Positions 24,401 through 35,972 of a stretch of 64,000 nucleotides of DNA are shown here, in pieces; the stretch's first letter is position 1, and every line of letters begins with the position of its first letter. The notes beneath the pieces were generated by a model that saw only the letters and a list, made by a program, of their open reading frames with translations, was not told where the DNA came from and made no database searches. Made by a program: the position numbers and the translations under genes. Source of the stretch: Diplonema japonicum (taxonomy: Eukaryota > Protista > Euglenozoa: Diplonemea); assembly GCA_964019335.1 (NCBI GenBank), contig OZ025664.1, positions 62,001-126,000 of the forward strand. The letters run 5' to 3'.

Positions 24401-24578
24401 GCTCCTTACCTTCTGTTCACGCAAAAAGTTGTGTTGCATCAACTTGTAGTTGTTAGCTAGCATAGATAGGTTCATTTAGAACATTTGACGACATTTCTCT
24501 TTTTACCTTTTTCCTTCTTGAGTTTCTCTTGCGTTTACCTTCCCTGCAATCACAACACCATCAGCACTCAGGAGCATC

Positions 24579-25461
24579 ATGGCGACTATTGACGAGGATA
24601 AGTTGAATAAAAATGTGAAGCAGTTGCTGAAAAAGTACATCGACCAACAGACAGCCATAACACACACAACAAAGTATGCGACATCCAAGTAGTCAATGCC
24701 ACAGGCAAATGCAACTGCTACAGACAAAGAACGAGAGGATGGAAGCTGAACTTGCCAAACTGAAGAAGGACAAGACGAAGGAGTCCGACATGAAGGACTC
24801 GCTCGATAACCTTGCCAAAGAGCTTAAGAAGAAGAAAGACCAAACGTTTGACGAAGTGAAGCAGCGTGAGGCAGCAGAGGCCGATGCTCGTTCGCAGCTA
24901 ACGAAGAAGTTCCAGAACACCATTGCAGAGATCACTGCAAAGATGGAAAGCGACGCTGAAGAGCAGCTCGAGGCAGTTAATGAGAACAAACGACTGAGGC
25001 ATAGACTGGCAGCGATCGGGCAACAGGTCGATCTTCGTGCTCAACAGTATGAGCAACTTATCAAGACCCGCGAGGTGGAGCTCAAGCTGTCTGAGGCAAA
25101 AACGGAACACCTCCGTGAGATGGCCAAAGGCGACAGGTTTCGCATAGAGTTGCAAGAAAAACAACACGAAGAAGAGAAGAAGACCGAAGCAGACCTCAAA
25201 GAGCAGCTGGAGGTCCTGACCTCAAAGTTCGACGATTTGCAAGGTATTCAGCCATCACCCATATACAACCACAACACAACACAACACACAGCTACCATTT
25301 CGAAGAGCAACAAATTGTTCAAAGAGTACAAATCAGAAATGGATAAAATGACAAAGAAAATCAGGCTGCTTGAAAACGAAAAGAGTGAAATCGCAAAGCG
25401 CTACAGCACAAAGAAGAGACCACATGACACAGTTTACGGTGTGTGCAGGAAAAAGCTGGCA

Positions 25462-25493
<32 letters not shown>

Positions 25494-25690
25494 GATGAGG
25501 TGAACACACAGAATAAAAAATTAGAACAGCTGAAGAAAGCAAATCAAGCTATGTCGGGCGTTACTGAAGTACTGAAGAAGGTATCTTGTTTCATGCGAAT
25601 AAAACAAAAACACAGGAGAGCGAGGACTTCGAGAAGTGGAAGGCAGCCTGCCCGGAAGAATACAAGAAACTTTCGGAGGCTGAAAAATAG
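24579..25690 (+). CDS. Taxilin-family coiled-coil protein; introns 24674-24704, 25244-25291, 25439-25494, 25581-25615
   Basis: KFQNTI, EN.RLR, KFDDLQ|ATISKSNKLFKEYKSEMDKMTKKIRLLENE match the taxilin core; GT..AG introns restore the frame. Confidence 0.75.
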
Positions 25691-25912
25691 GGAGGGCTAA
25701 CTCGTTGCCAATAAAACATTTAACCCTTTAATGGCTGGGGCTCTATTTCTTTTACTGGTTTCCCCTGTCCTTTGGGTGATAGATTAGACAACATTATTAT
25801 TGATCTTTCTTTTTCGTACGGCATAAATATTGACCGTACTTTATTTTTTAAAACCTTTTTGTTTCTTGTGCCACAATATTGCACCTTACACAGAGGGGAC
25901 TTAACTAATAAA

Positions 25913-27721
25913 ATGAGAAGGTGTACCAGAGCGGCGTTGGCATCGAGGAGGGTCGCCCCCATGGCGGCGCCTTCTGCCATGCCTGTGAGCGCTGAGAAGA
26001 TGGCCGCCGTGTCCCAGGTGAGGTGCGCCTCTGCTGCTGCGGGCAAGGGTGGGTTCAAGGCGACCCCCCTTGTGGGACACGTGCACTCCATCGACGGTAC
26101 CATCGCCACCGTGGCCCCTGCCGGTGTGGGTGGCAGCGCGTCCTTCAACAGTGTTGTGAAGATCCAGACCTCGAAGGAGACCGAGAAGGGTGTTGCGCAC
26201 GCCGTCGTCTTCAACTTGAACAAGGACGGCTCCATCGGTGTCATCCTTCTTGACAACACCGACGCTGTCAGGTCCGGCCAGCCCGTCTACGCCACCGAGG
26301 AGCTCCTCAAGATCCCCGTCGGTTTCGGTGTGCTCGGGAAGGTGATCAACCCCCTTGGCCACGAAATCCCCACCAGCGCCCTTCAGAGGTCCCGCCCCCT
26401 CTTCTCCGACGAGATCGGTCAGGTGGACGTGGCCGCCCCCAACATCATCCAGCGTCAGCCTGTCAACTACAACCTGACCACCGGGTTCAAGGTCGTGGAC
26501 ACCATGATCCCCATCGGGCGTGGGCAGCGTGAGCTGATCGTCGGTGACAGGCAGACCGGTAAGACCTCCATCGCCGTGTCGACCATCATCAACCAGGTGA
26601 GGGTGAACCAGCAGACCCTTCGTAAGAACAACGTGGTGTCCGTCTACGTGTCTGTCGGGCAGCGATGCTCCAACGTGGCCCGTATCTTCCGTCTGCTCGG
26701 GTTGTACAACGCCCTGCAGTACTCCGTCATCATGGCCGCCACCGCCGCCGACCCTGCTGGTCTGCAGTACCTTGCGCCCTTCTCCGGTGTCACCATCTGC
26801 GAGAAGTTCCGTGATGCCGGTCGTCACTCTCTGATTATCTACGACGACTTGTCGAAGCAGGCTGTTGCCTACCGTCAGCTGTCGCTTCTGCTGAGGCGTC
26901 CCCCTGGTCGTGAGGCCTACCCTGGTGACGTTTTCTACCTGCACTCCCGTCTGCTGGAGCGTGCGGCCATGATGTCCCCCGGTATGGGTGGTGGGTCCCT
27001 GACGGCCCTCCCCATTGTCGAGACCCTCTCCAACGATGTGACGGCGTACATCGTCACCAACGTGATCTCCATCACCGACGGGCAGATCTACCTTGACGCC
27101 AAGCTCTTCACCGGTGGGCAGAGGCCCGCTGTCAACATCGGTCTGTCCGTGTCGCGTGTCGGTTCCGCGGCCCAGAACAAGGCGATGAAGGAGGTCTCCA
27201 CCGACCTTAAGAAGATCATTGCCGAGTACAGGAAGCTTGCTGCTGACTCCGTGGGTGGGCAGTCTGTCGTGTCCATGGAGATGATCAGGGGTTCCAGGTT
27301 CGTCGCCATGTTCAACCAGAAGGGGCCCTCGTACTTCCTTCACGCCATCGTGGCGCTGTACGCCTGCCTCAACGGGTACATGGACGATGTTAAGCTTAAC
27401 TACGTCAAATTCTACGAGTACCTCCTTGTGCACAAGGACCTGTCCATCCTCTACAACAACGCGCAGAACAAGTTCTTCTACATGTACGTGACTGCCCTGA
27501 ACTACCTCGTCAGGTTCTTCACCCTCAAGTATGTTAAATGGTGTTAACACCCTGCACACACGCACAGGCACGCCCCCCTCAAGGAGGAGCTTGACACCAT
27601 GCTGAAGTCCCACACCTCGATCTTCCTGACGCACTACCAGGCCAGGATGAACCTCATCAAGTCGGACAAAGAGCTCGTCGCTCTTAAGAACTTGTTGTAC
27701 TCCTGCAAGCGTGCTGTCTAA
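25913..27721 (+). CDS. atpA: Mitochondrial F1 ATP synthase subunit alpha, nuclear-encoded; intron 27529-27567
   Basis: GRGQRELIVGDRQTGKT, RRPPGREAYPGDVFYLHSRLLERAA, ISITDGQI; presequence-like N-terminus; spliced C-terminus ALKNLLYSCKRAV as in trypanosomes. Confidence 0.97.
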
Positions 27722-28163
27722 GCACTGGAGGTAGAGATTAATGTTTGCCACAGTCTTCTTTTTATTTCTATTTTTTCTTCTTTATTTTTCTCTTTCTTTG
27801 GGCCAAACTTGTTTTTCGAAACAATCCTCGATTTAAAAAAAAAAAAAAAAAAAAAAACCGAATTAAAAAAACCCCCTATTTTTCTCCCCCCTTTTCTTTT
27901 TTTGCCCACCCTTAACCCCTTTCTGCTTTCACGGGTGGTCATATCAAGGCCTGAACCGACAAGACCTTTTATTTTCTGGGGTTTTGTTCTTTTCGGGATT
28001 TTGCTTTCCCTCCAATTTGGGTTTTCCCCTTTTTTCTTTTTCTTTTGCCCCTTTGTTTCTTTTCTGCTTTATTTTCCCCACCATTGGTATTTTTTTTATC
28101 TTTTCTTTCCACCCCCCTCCTTTTTCTTCATTGGCTCGTGGCATATCAAAAGAACTATTTATC

Positions 28164-28199
<36 letters not shown>

Positions 28200-28317
28200 G
28201 ACGGGTTTTGCTTTTACTTTTCTTTTCTCACCCTTTTTCTTTTCCCCCTTTTTCTTCCTTCCCACAGCATACCTGCGTGATTTTTACAGCACCACAGGCA
28301 CCGCTCTAATAGTATCA

Positions 28318-30254
28318 ATGAGAGCGACTATGCGGGAAGTGATTGAAGAAGAAGAAGAGGCTTCCCAGCCAAAAAGGCAGTATGGGTTGTTGCAATGCTA
28401 CGAGTTGCTGATGGGACTGATCCCCACACTTGTCAACGATGGATTGAAGAAGTTTCTCTTGGAATTCATACAGCTGGTCTTGAGCCTGTTCCTTTTAGTC
28501 GCGTGGCCTGTGTGGAGCATCATCTGGCGTGTTTTTCAACAGCAAAAAGCTTCGCAAGTTCACAAAAACCTCGAAAAACTCGCAAAGATGAAAATGGAAA
28601 GCGCGGAGACTTACGACACTTGGCACAAGCACGCCATCTTTTTGGACAACCTGACAGGGTACACAGAGTGGGCTGCCGAGGAGGACAAAACCTACAACCA
28701 CCGTGTGCTTGAGGAGCGCATCGAGCGCATGCACGACATGGTGCAGGCGGGGGATGTCATGAGTTGTATGACTGAGATCCGCTCTGGTCTGCACCGCCAC
28801 ATGGCAGGCATCACGAACCCTAAGCTTTGCACATACCTGTCAGGCACGAAGCTTCAGATCCGGGAGTACCAGGACACTGTGAAGAAGATATGCGAAGTGT
28901 ATGTTGCATCAGGTGAAACACCACACCACACAACAGGGTCCTCAAATCGGATATTAGTGCAAAAGAGAAATATGCCTGCTTTGATCACGCTGGGCGGTCC
29001 TTCGGCCGCTCAGCTCTCCTGCTGTCAGGTGGCGGTGCTTTGGGTCTATATCACACTGGTGTCTGCAAGGTGTGCTCGCTCATACCTTACTATCTTTAAC
29101 CATAGGCACTTTTCGAAGCCGGGCTAATGCCCCAGGTGGTCTCAGGGTCCAGTGCAGGGTCCATTATCGCCTCCATTTTTTGCACAAAGACTGAAGCAGA
29201 AGTCAATGCACTCCTACAGGAGGAGCTGAACGACGCAACGAATCTGTGCTTCAAGTCCTTCTCACTGAACGCCTTTGACGCTGAGGTATTCAATGGACCG
29301 CAGGGTTTCGTGGAGGCAGTTCAGAGACTGCTGGCGGGTGGTGCTTTCATGTCGAACGACTACCTGATCCGCACACTGCGGGAGAACATTGGCGACCTGA
29401 CCTTCATTGAAGCCTACCAGAAGACAGGGAGGATCCTGAACATCGCTGTGGCGTACGAGACGGGCTCGGACTGCAACCCTTTGCAATGTAACTACATCAC
29501 CTCCCCTCAGGTTGTGGTGTGGAGCGCGGTTGTCGCCAGCTGCTCTGTCCCCGGGTTGTTCACTAAGACTTCGCTACTGTCGAAGGACCATCAGGGCAAC
29601 CTCGTGGACTTCAACGCGGCACACAGCGAGCGGTATTTCGACGGCAGCGTTGCAGGGGACCTCCCTACCAAGAGGCTGCGCGAGCTTTTCAACATCGACT
29701 TCTTCATTGTGTCACAGGTGAACCCGCATGTTGTTCCGTTTGTTCAACGCGACAGGCTCTTCCCTTCCCAGAAGCGGTCCAGATGGAGCAAGATGAGGAA
29801 GACCATCGTATGGGTCGGCAGGTACGCCCTTGCTGAACTCGGCCACCTCATATTGCTGCTGGGACGCATTTTCCCCATGCTTTCAGAGTTCTTCTTGTAC
29901 CGCCTCATGAACCAGTACTACACGGGCGATATTACAATTTGGCCTGGTGTGGGGTGGCTTGACTACCTTGGCCTTGTTCTGAATCCGAGTCAGAAATTCC
30001 TCCGACACTGCCTGACAAGGGGCCAGCGCAAGACGTGGCCGTACCTCAATCACGTGAGACAGTGCACATACATTGAGTCCCTGCTCAGCGAGGCGAAGCA
30101 GATTACGAAACAAGGGCTTGAGGAAGTATGAAATTTTACATTTCAACAAGCACGCACACCACAGGAGTTCCTTTCTACTGTTCGGCCCAGTACTCTGACG
30201 AATGGTAAAATGAATACCTTTGAATCTTCTGACGATGGTCCTGACGGTCCATAG
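28318..30254 (+). CDS. Patatin-like triacylglycerol lipase (SDP1/TGL-like); introns 28899-28936, 29070-29105, 30126-30164
   Basis: After splicing: FGRSALLLSGGGALGLYHTGV, GSSAGS (GxSxG), FDGS, FIVSQVNPHV. Confidence 0.88.
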
Positions 30255-30405
30255 GTGTTGTTCTATACTACATGTCTAACTGCATGTTTTCTGTGCTGTG
30301 CCATGAGGATGTTTTCCCAGGCAGGCTGGCTTGTGTCTTTGCGGGTGATGAGTTGCCATTTTTTTTCTCGACAGCTGCTTCGTTACGTTATCATCTATCA
30401 GACGA

Positions 30406-31553
30406 ATGGAAAATACCGATGAAGAGCTCGATGAGGTGTTCAGCCCGAAATTTAGTTACACGGCACCCGCCGTGGGCTTCATGCCCCCTGGGTATAGCAC
30501 TTGCTGCGACCGCAACATGCGTAAACGGGCTATGTTCCACGTTACAAACGTTTTGCGTTTGCTGTTCTCATGGCAAACACTAACTGCACTCGCGCTCAGC
30601 GAGGGCTGCACTGTACTGTGCATCAAGCTGGATGCTTATGCCAGAATACACCCCAACCTGTTCTTGACCGTGCTCGTCTTCCCGTTGGCCTTTTCCATCA
30701 ATGCAGTGTACCAAAGACGTGAGCGTGCTCTTGATGACCTTGGGGCACTGCGCAGTGCATGCCTCGCGTGGTTTTTCCTACATCAGGAATGGTCTGACAA
30801 GTTGGCTGACCCGTGCGTACTAGGAAGAACCATCCCCGACGAGGACAGAGAGAAGTGGACCAAGCACAACCAGGAGTACGGCAAATGGCACTTAGAACAA
30901 ACATACCTAACACTGCAGACTCTCCTGCAGCATGTAAAAGCTTATCTCATGACACCCGACACGAACTATGGTGAATCTGACAACGAACATTCTTCAAGGA
31001 AGGGCAGAATACGTGGAAGGAACAAGAACCTTGCCAACATCTACAGGTCACTCAAAGAGATCAGCGCCAGCAATGAGCGTCTTCGCATAGCGTCGACAGC
31101 TGCTGCTACTCCACATCTGAAGAACCCTCTCTTTGTGCAGCCACCCATCCTGACACGTCCTATTCACTGGGCCTTCTTCATAATCCAGGCATTCGAAAAG
31201 TTGAAGGGTATTCGGGAGTACCGTTCCCCGACAAGCATTCGGAGCTTCACTAAAGTCTTGACGTGGATCGTACCGATGCTCCTGGCACCTTATTTCTCAT
31301 GGGTAGCAAATGACTATCAAGAATGGGCTGCTTACTTCTCGTGCTTCTTCGTCACGGTATGCACCGCTTTATTAATATAATATAAAAGGTTACGATCAAC
31401 GCCCTACGTGTAGTGCAGGACTTCGGGGAGAACCCCTTCCTGCCTATTGGGGAACACGACATAGACAACCTTAACCTGCACGATCTGGACCTCGAGTGGG
31501 GCTCAGTGATGGAACGCCCCCCCCCGCCACCCCCTTCAGACCCCTTGTCCTAG
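30406..31553 (+). CDS. Bestrophin/UPF0187-like membrane protein; intron 31357-31388
   Basis: VFPLAFSINAVYQRRE, TM helices, ENPF in the spliced last exon. Confidence 0.6.
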
Positions 31554-31614
31554 ATTGTAGTCACTTCATACACCTGATAACTGTTTTCTTATTACCACAT
31601 TGCAGTAATCGAAG

Positions 31615-33453
31615 ATGTCGAATTACGGTACGCTGAAAAGTGAGGATGGGGAACTCATGAAGCCCCCTACAAAGTTCAATGACGAGGATGAACTTTTGTT
31701 GGGAGGTATGCTGTCCGCTCGCTTGACACCACACTGCAGATGATGAGGACGTGCTTCCCTTTAGCGAAAAGCTTGCGTTCGCTGCAGGCGCCCTTGTGAA
31801 CGCGATCAGTACGTCGACCACAGGCTTCTACCTGAACCCGTTCTTGTTGGAGGTATAACATCGAAGACCCGTCATCCAACCCGCCACAGGTCGCAGCGTT
31901 CAGCCCGTCAAGCGTAAGTTTGATGATGTTCCTTGGGCGTGCTTGGGACGCTGTCACTACAGCGTGTGTTGGCGCCCTGGTTGCAAAGTTCCCCAATCTG
32001 CGGATGTGGTTGCTGATTGGCACCATCCCTACATGCGCAGTGTACGTTGCTGTGTGGTTGGTATGCTGTTGTTGTCACATGCAATACTTAACAGGTTCCT
32101 TTCGAAAAAAATGAAAGCGAGGAATTACGTTTTGCTTATTCCTTTGGGATGTATCTGCTCTTCCAGCTGGGTACCTCTGCTTATCACGTGCCGTACACCG
32201 CACTGACTGTGAGGATGCACCACAATGCCAAGCAGCGTGATATCGCTACAACATGGAGGATGTTGGCCGAGATCTTGTCTGTGCTCTTCGGTGCTGGGTT
32301 GCAGGGGATGGTACTTGCCTTCTACAACGCCAATGACGACTGCCGCCCCTGCGACAACTCCAGCAGCAACAACGACGCAGAGAACGCATACATGGTGTCG
32401 GGCATCATCATGGGTAGCGTCATGCTTGTTGGCGGCATTGCCTGCCCGCTGGGTGTGGTGGAGAGGGTCAAGGAGATGCCCTCAGAGAAGGACGAGCTCA
32501 CGCTCAAGGAATCGCTCAAGATGGCTTTCATGAGCAGATCATTCGTGACACTGACTGGTGCCTTCTTCTTCATCTGGCTAACGGTGCAGGGCGTGCAAGG
32601 AAACATTATGTTGTACGCAAAGTACTCTCAGGACAAGTGGAACGACAGCTTCCAGTACTTGCTCGGTGCTCTTGTGTTCTGTGCCACCATCGGGATGCCA
32701 ATCTGGATGATTATCATGAAGCACATCGGCAAGAAGTACGCCTACATCCTCGGTGCCTCCTTGTTGGCACCTATGCTCTTCCTGATGTTTGCCATCCCCA
32801 GCTACACCGAAGTGTGGATTGGTGCCATCATGTGCGTCATGGCAGGGTTCTTCCTTGCCGCTGCCTACCTCTTGCCCTGGGCGATGCTGCCTGCAGTGGT
32901 TGACGAGGCGGAGCTTAAAACAGGGAGGAGAGCGGAGGCTATCTTCTATGCCTTCTTTGTGTTTTTCATGAAGATGGGTGCAGGTGTTGCTCTTGCTGGG
33001 TCGGCACTGGCCCTGCAAGCCGCAGGGTGGGAAGACCCTTGCTGCAAGAATGTGGAAGGGCAAATATGCGACTGCTCCAACCAGAACGCAACTTGCATAT
33101 GTGATGCGAACACGACCAACGACGTGAGCGACGCGCTGAAGTACGTCATTGGGCTTGCGGGACCCGCCCTTATCTGCTTGGGCATCGTCTGCGCCTTCAT
33201 GTTCCCTATCGATGCCAAGCGCGAGCTTGAAATTGCGGAGGAAATGACTGCCATGCGTGCAGTGAACCCTGAGGAGTCCAAGCGCCAGAGCTACGTCAGC
33301 AACCACGTGGGCCTCCGTGCCTCATACCGTGAGGCCTCCCTACGCAACTCAGAGGACGACAATAACCTCACGCGCCGCCACTCGGCACCCGCTACCAAGA
33401 ACCCCCTCACGGCCCTCCAGCAGAGCAGACCCAAGAGCATGAATATTGTGTAA
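31615..33453 (+). CDS. MFS_2 (GPH/MFSD2-like) sugar or lipid:cation symporter with three short 5' introns
   Basis: GRAWDAV, YHVPYTAL, LLPWAMLPAVVD, RAEAIFYAFFVFFMK; ~12 TM; introns at ~31706-31739, 31853-31889, 32061-32094. Confidence 0.85.
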
Positions 33454-34881
33454 ATGCGTGTGGTTGTATGAGTTGTTATGTAAGACGCAGATGCAGGACC
33501 TCCTCGACCAGACCCCTTAGTTCCTCCGTGTGTGAGCATCGTCTCTTTCCTTCGTGTTGTAAACCTTGTTGCATTAGTCTGCGTTGCCGTCTACCCCTTT
33601 CTTCCCATGTTCTTGCTGCTGTAACTTATATGCCGTGTTTGTTTGTATCACGACGTTCAAGCCTTGTTTTCGCTCTCTTTTCGTTTTTCTATCAATAAGG
33701 AGGAGATGTGGTGGCTGGCCTGCCACGTTTTAGCTGTTCCCTTACCTTCACCAGAAATAGTCGGTCTAGCGAGCCGAAGGCCTTTTGTTTTTGGATGGGC
33801 CGTGGCATCAGAAGGTGTCTTTCTGTAGCTTTTATTTTTCCCCCCTCCCCCTGTTTGTAATCAGTTTCGAGCTTTTGGCAGCCGTACATGTGTAGGTTAG
33901 CCGTACATGTGTAGGTTTTCTTTCTCTTTCTTCTTTCAAAGTAGAAATTAGCAATGGCCTTGACCGACAGATGAGACGTGTGATGAAACGTATTGATTCT
34001 GTTCTACTCCCTATGAGTGAGGCAGCCCCGAGCCTCGTGCTACGACAAGATTCGCAAGTACGCTACAGAGAAGGGGGAAATACCTCACGACCTTAGCACA
34101 TTCGACCCAGGGCCAGAATCATAAGGGTTCGGCAAAAAAAAAGAAAAAGAAAAAAAAAAGAAAAAGCTATTTTCTCCTTTTTCTTTTTCTTTTTTGTTAT
34201 TCCAGCAGTGTTTTTTCTCTTCTTCCCCCCCCCCCCCCCCTTCCCACCAATAGCTACGATCAAGAAGAAAAAAAAAGAAAGGCTTTTATTATGTCCTCCG
34301 CTTCTTTCTTTTCTTATTATTCTTGTTAAATGTGTTGACAATCACAAAGAAGTCACTTTGCTTTCTGGTGCTTAGGGAATAATCCTAGCCGGTAAGCGAT
34401 CAGAACGAGCCGCCACTGGGGATGCATATGACCCTCTTTCCCATTCATGGTTGGTCAGGTGGCTCCGTGCGCAGGAGCAATGTGTTACCCCCCTTCATTT
34501 TTTCTTTATTCTTATCGTCCTGTGTTATTAAAACCCTCCTTAGTAGTCACCACCTACCTTGCTTCACTCGTTTAATATTCGGCCTGCCCCTCCCTTTGAT
34601 TTGGTACCTTCAGTTTTTGTTCTTTTAAACCTTTTCTTCCTTATGTGCAGTAGGTCACTTACGAAATGACGCTCACCTCATAGTGAATAAAATCTTTTTC
34701 TTCTCTTTCGGACTTACCCCCCCCCCCCTCTTTTTCATTCTTTTTTTCCGTCTTTTCGGCCACCGGCTTTATTTTCTCAACTTTCTATTTTATTCTCCTT
34801 TTTTTTTTAATACTCATAGTCTGATTTTACTTTTTTCTTTCCTCCGACTCGCGAACAATACAAAGGCGGGTGGGCGGGAGT

Positions 34882-35838
34882 ATGGGCGTCTCAGGACAGC
34901 AGGTCAATGAGAAGAACATGGCGGCCATAACAGGGGTAGGGAAGGGGTACTGGATGGTAGATGGGAGCAAGGAGAGCGGCGTGGAAAGTGGTATTATTCC
35001 TGAAGCGATGAAGGAGCTCCCGGGACCGCCGACAGAGCAAGAAGAGGAGAAACGGAGAGAGGAGCACAGCAAGTGGGCTGTCGAAGGGTGCGGAACAGAG
35101 CCGCCACTCGAGTCCGAGTTCGATGCCACTGACGCCGCATCACAGTGGAGGGGAACAGGCGCCTCGATAGTCATTAACACCAGTGCGGAGGTGTGGGGGG
35201 CTGCTCACGTGGTTGTAGTTATCATCTATCAGGTGAACTTCCTGGTGCTTGCATTGTGGCAGCTCATGGTCTGGCTCATCAACATCGATACGAAGTACGA
35301 AGAAGACTGCACACGGCTCAAAACTTATTACATCACAAGCTCCATAGGCACCATGGTAGTTGCACCCTTTGTCTTCTACATATGCAGTTGCACGCTGCTG
35401 GAGCTCCAAAGCAAGCTTACCCAGAAGCTCCTTGCCGGCTTCCCTTCCATGAGCGACGACAGGCCTAAACCCATCTCAGAGATATGGCTGTCCTGGGGGC
35501 CAGGGAAGATCCTTGTGGCATGTATCGTGTGTGTTTCGGCAGTGTTCCAGTTAAGTTGGTGGCTTGCCGGCATTGCATGGATCGTGCACAGCACCGCTTG
35601 TGGTGACTTCACTGAGCAGGGCGAAAACATGATCCTCTTCTCCAGCATTTTTATTACTTGCTGCGCTACGATCAGTGCCATCGGTGCTGTGGCTGGCCTG
35701 CGTAAATCCCAGAAGCCCCCTGCCTCCATACCGGCATCCTCGCCTGCCCACCGGGTGGCCACCCCCACCAACCGCTCCCCCCACTCGCCCAAGAATACCG
35801 CACGTGTCGCCTTAAAGGCACTTAAGGACAGGGCTTGA
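34882..35838 (+). CDS. Hypothetical 4-TM membrane protein
   Basis: ORF with four hydrophobic segments; start uncertain (34882 or 34918). Confidence 0.6.
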   Translation: MGVSGQQVNEKNMAAITGVGKGYWMVDGSKESGVESGIIPEAMKELPGPPTEQEEEKRREEHSKWAVEGCGTEPPLESEFDATDAASQWRGTGASIVINTSAEVWGAAHVVVVIIYQVNFLVLALWQLMVWLINIDTKYEEDCTRLKTYYITSSIGTMVVAPFVFYICSCTLLELQSKLTQKLLAGFPSMSDDRPKPISEIWLSWGPGKILVACIVCVSAVFQLSWWLAGIAWIVHSTACGDFTEQGENMILFSSIFITCCATISAIGAVAGLRKSQKPPASIPASSPAHRVATPTNRSPHSPKNTARVALKALKDRA

Positions 35839-35972
35839 CCTTGACCGTCTTTTGTATTAGATACAAGGACCTCTTATTGTACCTGTAGTTGATAATGTAC
35901 CATATATTTTTTTGTTTTCTTTTTGTGTGTTCTTCACTTTCTGCAGGAATGGCTTGTTGAGCATAGAGTATA

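Noticed and set aside
25901-27751. Long antisense ORFs opposite ATP synthase alpha, RPS8 (6458-7072, 9301-9927) and CCT7 (40648-41652)
   Set aside because: These are shadows of strong C/G-ending codon bias in highly expressed genes and carry no motifs.
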